DNA from: Planctomycetota bacterium
GTDB taxonomy: Bacteria; Planctomycetota; UBA1135
DNA length: 64,000 bases
Assembly (NCBI GenBank): GCA_045047305.1
Contig: JASFYO010000036.1
Location: 32,001 to 96,000 of the forward strand
Direction of reading: 5' to 3'
Below the pieces are notes generated by a model, which had not been told where the DNA came from, did no database searches, and saw only the letters and a list, made by a program, of their open reading frames with translations. Shown piece after piece: positions 47,668-56,273 of the stretch. The position numbers and the translations under genes are program-made. The first letter of the stretch is position 1. Each line of letters begins with the position of its first letter.

Positions 47668-49233
47668 CTAGTTTGCTTCAGGCAGCCCGTCCAGGAACTT
47701 CAAGAAGCTGGTGGTGAGCAAGTCATCGTTCACAATGTAGAGGTCGCGCTCGTTGGCGTCGATATCAATCTTGTTGGCAGGCGCCAAACGACTCTTCACG
47801 CGGTAGAAGTAGTAACCATAAGGACCCCGTACTGGGCCGTAAATCCCGCCTTCCTCAGCGAGAAAGAAGATGTCATCGGAGATGGAATACCCAAAAAGGA
47901 AATCGGTGTAATCGCTCTCGCCAACGAATCCCCGGAGGTCGTTACGGCTTTGCATGCCGAGATGACCACGGTGCGGCTGAGGCATGCCATCGCGGCTTCC
48001 AGGGACTCTCTCAGGCAGGTCGCTGTACTCCATCAAGACTTCCTCGAAATCCGTGCCAGTAGCAAGAATCTCAGCGACCTCATTAGCATGTTCTTTGGCT
48101 GCTTGGTAAGGATCGCCACTGAGGCTGAACTTACCGGTTGCCAAATCGCGCGCGCTAATCAGGATGATGTCGACGTCGACCTTGCCCGCACCATAGAAAG
48201 TGCTGCGGCTAGCAATTTGAGCATCCTGCAATTTGCGGTATTCCTCAGTCCCTTCTTCTGGAAGGGTTTGACGGAAGGAGTGTTTCGCGCGGAAAAACTG
48301 GCTGTAAACCTCCATACTTGGATAACCTAAGAATTGAGTAACCATCATCTCGTGAGGGATGAAGGTGCCTTCGTATTCGGCGGCTTCCGCAGCAAGAAGT
48401 TCGGCTGCGGCTTCATCGGACAACCACTTGCCTGACTTGGTCAAGGCGGCTTCCGCGGCCTCAATTCGATTCACAAAAATCTCCGCCCATTTTCGGTCGG
48501 TTTCGCCCAAGAACGGATTGATGATGGCAATGACCTCGTCCGTTTTGACATCGCGTCCATTCACGCGCATCGCTACGCCTTCTGGTAAACCATCTACTGG
48601 GTAAAGGATTTCCGCCTTATCCATCAAGTAACGCCAGATGGTAGGCATCAGCAACATATTGAGCGTTTGGTCGTTGATCTGACCCATCGGCTCATTCTTA
48701 GCTTTAGCTTCCAGGCGCTCCTTCAGGCTGTCGGCCATCATGCCATCCCAGTACTGCTCACCGAGGATTTCCTGCAACTGCTCTGCTGGCCATTGCTCCG
48801 GGTCCAAGGGGAAGAACATGGCTCGAGCTTTGATACTGCGCCGCATTTCCTGACGGAAAGTCTTTTCGGTAAACCCTTGAGCAATGACTTGCTGCCAAAA
48901 ATCTAGATTGGGATCCTGAGCCCGTACGGCCTCAATGCGAGCAGCGAGTGCGGTTTCGACTTCTTCATCGCTGATTTCAACATCGGCCAAAGGCAAGTTT
49001 GCCTCCTTTCGGCGAAGCTGCTCGTCGGCCAGAAGTTCATCGAGCACCCGCTGCAACATGTAACGCGAACCGGTGGTGAAAATATAGGTGCGCTTGACCT
49101 TCTCCTCGTGGCTGATCGCTACGGAAGAGTCAGATTGCGAGATGCTAGCTGCATCTTGAATGGTTGCAGAGGCGGATGCTGCCGGCTCCTGGAGCATAGG
49201 CAGGGCAAGTAGCGCAATGAGGATGGAAGACAT
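47668..49233 (-). CDS. Secreted SurA/PrsA-like protein with a parvulin PPIase-like domain
   Basis: Signal peptide, SurA-N-like helices, then IILIS...DFEEVLMEYSD...GHLG...IFFL..GGIYGPVRGPYGYY. Confidence 0.7.
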   Translation of the reverse strand: MSSILIALLALPMLQEPAASASATIQDAASISQSDSSVAISHEEKVKRTYIFTTGSRYMLQRVLDELLADEQLRRKEANLPLADVEISDEEVETALAARIEAVRAQDPNLDFWQQVIAQGFTEKTFRQEMRRSIKARAMFFPLDPEQWPAEQLQEILGEQYWDGMMADSLKERLEAKAKNEPMGQINDQTLNMLLMPTIWRYLMDKAEILYPVDGLPEGVAMRVNGRDVKTDEVIAIINPFLGETDRKWAEIFVNRIEAAEAALTKSGKWLSDEAAAELLAAEAAEYEGTFIPHEMMVTQFLGYPSMEVYSQFFRAKHSFRQTLPEEGTEEYRKLQDAQIASRSTFYGAGKVDVDIILISARDLATGKFSLSGDPYQAAKEHANEVAEILATGTDFEEVLMEYSDLPERVPGSRDGMPQPHRGHLGMQSRNDLRGFVGESDYTDFLFGYSISDDIFFLAEEGGIYGPVRGPYGYYFYRVKSRLAPANKIDIDANERDLYIVNDDLLTTSFLKFLDGLPEAN

Positions 49234-49318
49234 GTTTGATTCTAGAATTGGGATTTCGGGAGGCCCGATAACGCCGGTGGCCAGATATTTTACACTCCAG
49301 ATGCCCTCGCGGACGGAA

Positions 49319-50020
49319 ATGAACCATCAGAACCTAACCATTTTGCAAAGAACCTCCTGGATGCTAAGAAGCGCAGGCCTGGTCCTGCTATGCCTGAACT
49401 TCAGCTGCAGCCGGCCGGAGAGCTTATTCATTGGTCCCTATGAGCTGCCATTTCAAGAGGTTGCAGACGCTCATCAGCAATTACGCCAATCTTTCCCGCT
49501 TGAAGGCGAGGACATCCTACGCGCGCATCTTATGCAATTTGGGCTCGGTCAAGCAGCTATCTTGCACCAAGCAAACCCAGAAAAAAGCGCTTCTGCCCTC
49601 CTTGAAGCCCAAAAATGGTCCTCACGGATGCGCTCAGAAGGGGCATTTTTGCCGGTGATGCAAGCTTGGTGCCAGGAAACGGGCATCAGCATGAGCCGGG
49701 AAAGCGCCCAACTCCCCCACCCCTCGGGCTTAGGGGCCTCGGTAGCAGCCGCTGTGGCCGGCCTGGAAGATGGCGAATGGACCAAGCCTTTAGCTACCAC
49801 TTATGGTTGGGAGATCATTATGCTCGATGAGAGGCTACCTGGTGACCGTAACCGAGCTCAAGTCTTCCTCTATCGAATGCAGTTCCCGGTTGGCGACGAT
49901 GCGACTCGCGCTCAAGCCAAATCCGACTGGGCTACACTTCCTTTACATGGAAATGCCGAGCTCCTCAAAGCTCTCCCCCAGTCCTTCCGCCGTAACCGCA
50001 TAGTCCCTGATCCTGAGTGA
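49319..50020 (+). CDS. Probable lipoprotein with a parvulin-like segment
   Basis: Lipobox-like LNFSC; VAGLEDGEWTKPLATTYGWEII. Start uncertain (49301, 49319 or 49361). Confidence 0.55.
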   Translation: MNHQNLTILQRTSWMLRSAGLVLLCLNFSCSRPESLFIGPYELPFQEVADAHQQLRQSFPLEGEDILRAHLMQFGLGQAAILHQANPEKSASALLEAQKWSSRMRSEGAFLPVMQAWCQETGISMSRESAQLPHPSGLGASVAAAVAGLEDGEWTKPLATTYGWEIIMLDERLPGDRNRAQVFLYRMQFPVGDDATRAQAKSDWATLPLHGNAELLKALPQSFRRNRIVPDPE

Positions 50021-50913
50021 TGTTTTCTCTCCTCCTCCCCATTTTGTGCACTCCTGCTGCCATGCCGGAGTGTTTACCAGCACACATTCACTACATTCAA
50101 GAGCCAGAAAAAGGTAGCCAGGAACAAAAACCGAAGGCCAAGCCAAAGAAGAAAAAATTTGCTCGGCTCACCAGCCCACTGAAAAAGTCGGCGCAAAAAG
50201 GGATGCGCCTGATTGAGAAAGGTGAGGAGCAGGAAGATATTGCCGACGGTGTGGCAGACCTCAAAGGAATTGGCGAGGCTGCGATTCCACTGTGCTTCGA
50301 CAGTGTCGTGCGCATGGAAAAGGCCGGGCGCTTAGATCCACTATGGGAAGCCTTGAATCAAATTTTAATCGATGACGATTTAGAACTGGCGTGGAACTCG
50401 GTCAAAAAGAAGCATGTCGATGCCTTGCGGATTTACTTGGTGCGTCGCTGGGCAGATAGCTCGCTTAAAGATTGTGAGGAATTCCTCAGCGAGCACATGG
50501 AGAGTGAAAACCCAGACATTGCCTACGAAGCGGCGCGGGGATTAGCCCGGCGCGGGGTGGCGAGTGCCGTTCCTGCGATTGAGGCGCAAGTCGCCAAGCA
50601 ATGGTTAAAGCAAGCCGACCGCCTACGTGCTGACTTTGCAGGCATCGAACGCGGTCCTTTAGTCGCCGCCATTACTCCTTTATTGAAGCGCAAACGATTC
50701 AAGGAAAAGCTCGCTGCAATCCGCATGTTTGAGCTTTTTGGAGTCGAGGATCAGGCACGCTTAATGACACCCTTTTTGTCGGAATCCGATACGACTCTGC
50801 GCTTGGCTGCAATCAACGCCTGCCGTGTCATTATTGCAAAAGAGGAACCTTTAGAACGCCCTTCCATGACCGAGATTATTGAACGCGCGGAAGCCTGGAA
50901 GGCAAAACTATGA
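50017..50913 (+). CDS. Secreted HEAT-repeat protein
   Basis: Signal-like N-terminus; repeats ENPDIAYEAARGLA and ESDTTLRLAAINAC. Confidence 0.75.
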   Translation: MMFSLLLPILCTPAAMPECLPAHIHYIQEPEKGSQEQKPKAKPKKKKFARLTSPLKKSAQKGMRLIEKGEEQEDIADGVADLKGIGEAAIPLCFDSVVRMEKAGRLDPLWEALNQILIDDDLELAWNSVKKKHVDALRIYLVRRWADSSLKDCEEFLSEHMESENPDIAYEAARGLARRGVASAVPAIEAQVAKQWLKQADRLRADFAGIERGPLVAAITPLLKRKRFKEKLAAIRMFELFGVEDQARLMTPFLSESDTTLRLAAINACRVIIAKEEPLERPSMTEIIERAEAWKAKL

Positions 50914-52196
50914 AAGCCTTGATGCTTTCTCTCAGCGCTTTACTGGCGCTGACTTGTTTTTCTTCGCCACTGCATGCGCAACGGAAAAAGAAAGATGTTT
51001 GCACTGTGTGTCAGTTCAATGAAGAGGTGATGTCTGCAGCAGGGATCATCAATCACGGGCCATTCCAATTCTTTAAATCCGATTCGAAAGACATCGAACA
51101 ATTGGTTGGAGCCAACAACATGGTTTGGCTGGAAACTACCCACTTCCGTTTTGGATCCGACCTCAAACCATGGAAAATCCCGGTTAAGGACAGGAAGGCC
51201 TACCGCGCAGAACTGACTGAACTCAAGCAACTTTTTCCTGCTGTCGATCCCAAAAAGACCAAAACTCTGGATCGTTGGATGCGCATACACCTGATGGCCT
51301 TCCGCATGGAAAAGGCTTATCAGTATTTGCTAAAGCTAACCGGCTATTCGGAAGAACAGTTCCTTTACTTACCCAGCGAAAAAGAGTTCATTGACGCTGA
51401 AGCTAGTGGTGCATGGAAGGATGAGCTCGAAAAAATTTACTTCACGCACCAAGACCGTGCGCCGGGGATGCCACTGTGGGTTGGCCTTGGGCAGTACATG
51501 GGCATGCCCATGAAATTTGAGTTCTTGATGATGCGCTACGAAGAGGATTTTGGACTCATCAAACGACACTACATCGGGCACCTGGATTCCAATCCGCAGC
51601 GCTGGCATGTGACATGGCGTCCACCAGACACGGAGCCAGTTTCACGCGCTCTTTGGTTTGGAATCTCCACGGAAGCGGAGGGCATCAAGCACGACCAACA
51701 CCTGCATAATGCTTTACTGCATAACTTCGCCATTAACATGTTGGATGGCTTCATGCTATACCTGGTTGAGGCGCCAGTATGGCTCCGCGTGGGCTTGGGG
51801 CATTACATGTCGAAGCGCAACTCCGACGATTACAACTTTTACGACATGGACGAGGGTTCGGCCAAGTTGCAAAAAGACGCTTCCAAGTGGGAGCCTTTGG
51901 TGCGCAAATATGCCGTGAAAGGTGACGCCCCTGGGTATGCAGACCTTAGTCGCTATCGTAGCTTTGGCGATCTCGGATTTGAAGCCCACCTCACTTCATG
52001 GTCGAAGGTCGTGTTCCTCATACAAAAAAATCCCGAGAAATTCGGTCAATGGCTCACCGCCTTAAAAACCGCCGAAGACCTCACGAATAACCTCGCCACC
52101 CAACGCAAGATCATGAAGTCAGTTTGGGGTTGGTCTTTCGCCCAAGCGGATAAAGAGTGGAAGGCGTGGGTGTTAGAGACCTACAGCCTGAAGTGA
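50910..52196 (+). CDS. Secreted hypothetical protein with a degenerate zincin-like motif
   Basis: Signal peptide ending LHA-Q; ETTHFR; LLHNFAINML...PVWLRVGLGHY. Confidence 0.6.
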   Translation: MKALMLSLSALLALTCFSSPLHAQRKKKDVCTVCQFNEEVMSAAGIINHGPFQFFKSDSKDIEQLVGANNMVWLETTHFRFGSDLKPWKIPVKDRKAYRAELTELKQLFPAVDPKKTKTLDRWMRIHLMAFRMEKAYQYLLKLTGYSEEQFLYLPSEKEFIDAEASGAWKDELEKIYFTHQDRAPGMPLWVGLGQYMGMPMKFEFLMMRYEEDFGLIKRHYIGHLDSNPQRWHVTWRPPDTEPVSRALWFGISTEAEGIKHDQHLHNALLHNFAINMLDGFMLYLVEAPVWLRVGLGHYMSKRNSDDYNFYDMDEGSAKLQKDASKWEPLVRKYAVKGDAPGYADLSRYRSFGDLGFEAHLTSWSKVVFLIQKNPEKFGQWLTALKTAEDLTNNLATQRKIMKSVWGWSFAQADKEWKAWVLETYSLK

Positions 52197-52894
52197 ACCC
52201 AAATCCTGAACACGAACCGTTTGCGCTTGAACCCCTGCAAGGGCGCGGCGAAGTTGTGTTCTTGATTCTTGCGTCCCTATTCACGGGATCCCTGGTCGTC
52301 ACCAATCTGATCGCAAATAAATTCATTCATGTGAATTGGCTGGGTCACGACTTTATTTTGTCGGCAGGCGTACTGCCTTATCCACTTACATTTCTAATCA
52401 CCGATTTACTTTCGGAAATTTACGGACGACGGCGTGCAAACTTAGTCGTGTTCGGCGGATTCCTTGCCTCTATTCTGGTCCTAATCACGTTATATCTCGG
52501 AGATCTATTCCCTGCGATTGAAGACTCCACCGTCAATGATGGTATTTACTCGCTCGTTTTTGGTAACAGTTGGCGCATCATTGGTGCATCCATGACCGCC
52601 TATCTGGTGGCCCAATTTGTCGACATCCGCATTTTTCACTTCTGGAAACGTCTCACCAAAGGCAAGCACTTATGGTTGCGGAATAATGCAAGCACCTTGT
52701 TGTCGCAGTTGCTCGATTCCGCCTTAGTGGTTTTCGTATTGTTCCTAGGCACCTGGCCAGCATCGCAGATGGGGTGGGTGATACTAGACTTATGGATGTT
52801 CAAAGCATCAATCGCCTTGCTCGATACTCCACTATTCTATCTTGGTGCTAGTTATCTCCCACGCTGGATGCGTGGTGGGCAAATCACCGCCTGA
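52193..52894 (+). CDS. yhhQ: Queuosine precursor transporter (YhhQ/VUT family)
   Basis: NLIANK, YPLTFLITDLLSEIYG, AQFVDI, LWLRNNAST..SQLLDS, DTPLFY. Confidence 0.92.
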   Translation: MNPNPEHEPFALEPLQGRGEVVFLILASLFTGSLVVTNLIANKFIHVNWLGHDFILSAGVLPYPLTFLITDLLSEIYGRRRANLVVFGGFLASILVLITLYLGDLFPAIEDSTVNDGIYSLVFGNSWRIIGASMTAYLVAQFVDIRIFHFWKRLTKGKHLWLRNNASTLLSQLLDSALVVFVLFLGTWPASQMGWVILDLWMFKASIALLDTPLFYLGASYLPRWMRGGQITA

Positions 52895-52939
52895 ACCTAG
52901 CGGACTTGACGTCGGCCGTGATTTCGGGAACACTCGTGC

Positions 52940-53776
52940 ATGGCATTACCCCGCGAGTTTGTGGTTTTCGACACCGAGACTACTGGTATGCCACCAGGTG
53001 CGCGCCTGCTCGAGATTGGCGCCCTGAAGGTGCGCGGGCAACACGTGGTCGATCGTTTTGAGACCTTGCTCTACCCGGAATGCCCGATCCCCCCGGCTGT
53101 AATTCGTATTCACGGGATTCATGACCGCGATGTCCAGGATTCTCCAACCGCCGATGCCGTCCTACCTGCCTTCCTTAAGTGGATTGGTAAAGCACCTCTG
53201 GTCGGCCATAACGTACGTTTCGATGCCACGATTCTCGCTGCAGAAGCGCAACGTTATGGCATTCCCCTACCTGAGAATGCCACTCTTTGCACGTTAAAAG
53301 CATCCCGCCGGCTGCTGAAACGCCGTTCTCACGCTCTACAATCCTTGGTTGAGGAGCTCGGTTTGCCCGCAGCTGCCCACCACCGCGCCCTCGCCGATGC
53401 AGAGCACACCCTCAATCTCATGTTCAAGATGGAGATGATGTTCGGCAAGGAATTCCGCACCTCCTCGATGGCAACGGGGGTCAACCTTCAGCAACATGTC
53501 ATCGAGCCGCCGCTAGCAACGGAACAGACCGATATCCTTCAACAGGCGATAGAACAGGGCATTCCGGTGCAAATCACTTATCGCTTGCGCAGTGGAAATG
53601 TATTTAAAACCTTGGTTTCGCCGCGCATGCTTTACCGGTCTAGTCGCCAGGGCTGGATGGAAGCCTTATGTCACGATGCTGGGTTCTACAAAAGTTATCG
53701 CCTCGACCGCATCCTCTGTGCCGAGGCCGAGCCGGATGCTCCCCCTGCCTCTGCACGACGCATCCAGGCTATCTAA
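52940..53776 (+). CDS. DEDDh (DnaQ-like) 3'-5' exonuclease fused to a C-terminal WYL domain
   Basis: ExoI DTETTG, ExoII HNVRFD, ExoIII HRALAD; then LQQAIEQGIPVQITY...VSP...WMEALCH...KSYRLDRI. Confidence 0.88.
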   Translation: MALPREFVVFDTETTGMPPGARLLEIGALKVRGQHVVDRFETLLYPECPIPPAVIRIHGIHDRDVQDSPTADAVLPAFLKWIGKAPLVGHNVRFDATILAAEAQRYGIPLPENATLCTLKASRRLLKRRSHALQSLVEELGLPAAAHHRALADAEHTLNLMFKMEMMFGKEFRTSSMATGVNLQQHVIEPPLATEQTDILQQAIEQGIPVQITYRLRSGNVFKTLVSPRMLYRSSRQGWMEALCHDAGFYKSYRLDRILCAEAEPDAPPASARRIQAI

Positions 53777-53913
53777 GGAATTCAGAGTTTCCTTAATCTC
53801 GTTTTTCGGTTAGAATAAAAAACCTAGCTACCCTCCATTGCCTTGGGTATCTGCCGCTCATATTGCGGAATCTTATAAAGGCATTTGCTTCCCCCAGCAT
53901 TACCTCCTAGAAA

Positions 53914-54675
53914 ATGACCGAAACTCCAACCATCAGTGACGACAGCGATGTCGTCTCTGCCGGCGATGGAAATGCAGATCTCCCTGCACCATCTCCCTCC
54001 CATCCCATGCATGATTCCACTCTGGTTTTAGACACCAGTGAGGAAATTGCCGAGTACGAACGTGAAGATCTTGAAGATCGTTACCTCGACTTAAAAGATG
54101 AGGTGTGGCGCTTGCGCCGGCAGCTTAACCTCGACCCAACCACCGGTAAGATTCCAAACAACGGTGGCTACGCATCTCCTGGCGGCTTCCTTAAGCGTCA
54201 GCGTGTTGCAGTCTTTGTCGACGTACAAAACATGTACCACTCGGCGAAAAAGACTTACGGTCGCAACCTTTCCTACTCCCGCATGCTTCGTGCTTGCGTG
54301 CGCAATCGTCGCCTAGTTCGTTCTATGGCTTACGTGATTGAGCGCGAAGGCATCGATCAAGTCAGCTTCACCGATCACTTGCGTTACTGTGGATTCGAAG
54401 TCCGCCGTCGCGAAGTTATCGAGCGCATGGATGGATCGCGCAAAGCTGAGTGGGAAATCGGCATGGCCATGGACATGTTGCGTATTGCCGATAAGGTGGA
54501 CAGCATCATCGTGGTTTCCGGTAATGGCGTTTTCGCAGATGTCGCACCTTTAATTCGTGCCAAGGGCACCAAGTTCGAGTGTTGCGCATTCCGCGAAAGC
54601 ATGAGTGATGTTCTCATCAAGGCAGTGGACCAGTACCACCTCTTGAGCGAAGATCATCTCTACCAAAACGACTAG
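53914..54675 (+). CDS. NYN (LabA/DUF88) domain protein with an acidic, coiled-coil N-terminal extension
   Basis: RVAVFVDVQNMY, RSMAY, RKAEWEIGMAMD, DSIIVVSGNGVF, SDVLIKAVDQY. Confidence 0.85.
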   Translation: MTETPTISDDSDVVSAGDGNADLPAPSPSHPMHDSTLVLDTSEEIAEYEREDLEDRYLDLKDEVWRLRRQLNLDPTTGKIPNNGGYASPGGFLKRQRVAVFVDVQNMYHSAKKTYGRNLSYSRMLRACVRNRRLVRSMAYVIEREGIDQVSFTDHLRYCGFEVRRREVIERMDGSRKAEWEIGMAMDMLRIADKVDSIIVVSGNGVFADVAPLIRAKGTKFECCAFRESMSDVLIKAVDQYHLLSEDHLYQND

Positions 54676-54710
54676 TTCTCCACCTGGAGAATCAAGGGTC
54701 TGGCTGTTGA

Positions 54711-56273
54711 TCAGCTAGGCCCTTTTTTCTTACCCCAGCCGCCGCCGCCAGGAGTCTGAATACGCACCCGTGCTCCAGACTCAAGCGTGACCGGAGCACC
54801 TGATTGCAGCCTAGAAAATGGCTTGCCGTTTTGCGCCACCTGATCGAGAGCAGACTTACCTTCTCCACCTTGATGAGCACCCGACGGACAACTATGCCTA
54901 CGACTTGCAGCCACAGATAAACGTACGGGCTGAAGGAAAGTGATGGCTTTGATCATGCCGTCACCGCCTCTATGGTTACCGTCACCGCCGCTCCCCTTGC
55001 GCAAACTGAGTTCCTCGACGCGCAACGGCAGTTCCGATTCCAATACTTCCACCGGAGTATTCCGCGTATTAGTCATGTGCGATTGCACCGCCGAAGCGCC
55101 TGCTCCATTGGGGCCAGCACCTGCTCCACCGGCCAAAGTTTCATAATGCACGAAAGGGGTGCCATCGGCGCGATGCCCACCAAACAGGAGATTGTTCATG
55201 GTGCCTTGGCTGGCGGCAGGAAAACGTCCGGGGAACAGTTTGCCAAGTGCTTGCAAGAGCAAATCGACTAAGCGCTGCGAAGTTTCTACATTGCCCAAAG
55301 CCACACCGGCTGGAGAAGCACTGTCGACCAAACTCGCGCTCGGCAGTTGGATATCTACCGCCTCAAGCGTACCCGATGTCTCCGGCAACCCACCTTCGCC
55401 GAGTGCCTGCAAGACATAGAACACCGCCGACGTAGTAACCGCCCGATGTGTGTTCCACGAGCCTGGTATTTGCGCGGAAGAACCAGTGAAATCCAAGCAT
55501 AGCCTTCCATGACTGGCTTGGAGCTTGAGTTGAATATGCGCAGTGCCGGGGCCGTCGAGGGTGTCCTTCACCACCACACTTCGTTGCGGCCAATCACTCA
55601 AAAGTTTGCTGGCAAAACGTGCACCATAATCAAAAAGTTCGGCCATTGAGGTGGTGATTTGGGTGGGTCCATAACGCGCAAGCAGGTCATCGAAACGCTC
55701 TGCACCGCGGTGCAAGGCTGCACATTGCGCGAGCAAATCACCTTTGGCGGCATACGGATCACGCACATTGGCTTGGAAAATCTGCCAGACCGCCGGAACA
55801 TCTCGGCCGGCGCGACGGAGGTAAACCGGAGGAATGCGCAAGCCTTCACCGAATAAATCGTGAGCACCACTCATCGAACCTGGCTCTGCACCACCAATGT
55901 CGGCATGATGTGCACGATTGAGGAGAAAGCCGATGCGCTTGCCTAGGTGAAAGAGTGGGGCCACTACGGTGACGTCGTTGAGGTGCGTGCCGCCACGATG
56001 TGGATCATTCAGCACGATGACGTCGCCCGCTTGAGGATCCATCTCCTCCAATAATGCCGGAACCGTATGGTGGGCACTGCCGAGATGCACGGGAATGAAA
56101 GCAGCATGTGCGACCAGCCTTCCGGCAGCATCGAGCAATGCACAGGAGTAATCCAAGCGTTCCTTAATGTTGGGTGACACCGCACTTTGCTGTAGTGCAA
56201 ACCCCATTTCATCGGTGACGCTAGCGAACAGATGCCGGAAAACATGAAGCGCGGTTTGAGTTTGCTGCTTCAT
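54711..56273 (-). CDS. Hydantoinase B / 5-oxoprolinase subunit B
   Basis: [56 protein letters not shown]. Confidence 0.93.
   Translation of the reverse strand: MKQQTQTALHVFRHLFASVTDEMGFALQQSAVSPNIKERLDYSCALLDAAGRLVAHAAFIPVHLGSAHHTVPALLEEMDPQAGDVIVLNDPHRGGTHLNDVTVVAPLFHLGKRIGFLLNRAHHADIGGAEPGSMSGAHDLFGEGLRIPPVYLRRAGRDVPAVWQIFQANVRDPYAAKGDLLAQCAALHRGAERFDDLLARYGPTQITTSMAELFDYGARFASKLLSDWPQRSVVVKDTLDGPGTAHIQLKLQASHGRLCLDFTGSSAQIPGSWNTHRAVTTSAVFYVLQALGEGGLPETSGTLEAVDIQLPSASLVDSASPAGVALGNVETSQRLVDLLLQALGKLFPGRFPAASQGTMNNLLFGGHRADGTPFVHYETLAGGAGAGPNGAGASAVQSHMTNTRNTPVEVLESELPLRVEELSLRKGSGGDGNHRGGDGMIKAITFLQPVRLSVAASRRHSCPSGAHQGGEGKSALDQVAQNGKPFSRLQSGAPVTLESGARVRIQTPGGGGWGKKKGPS

Noticed and set aside
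47554..48330. 258-aa + strand ORF
   Set aside because: Antisense to the SurA-like gene, with no recognisable motif.
52100..52193. preQ1 riboswitch upstream of yhhQ
   Set aside because: The gene overlaps the upstream stop, so there is no leader, and no preQ1 motif was seen.
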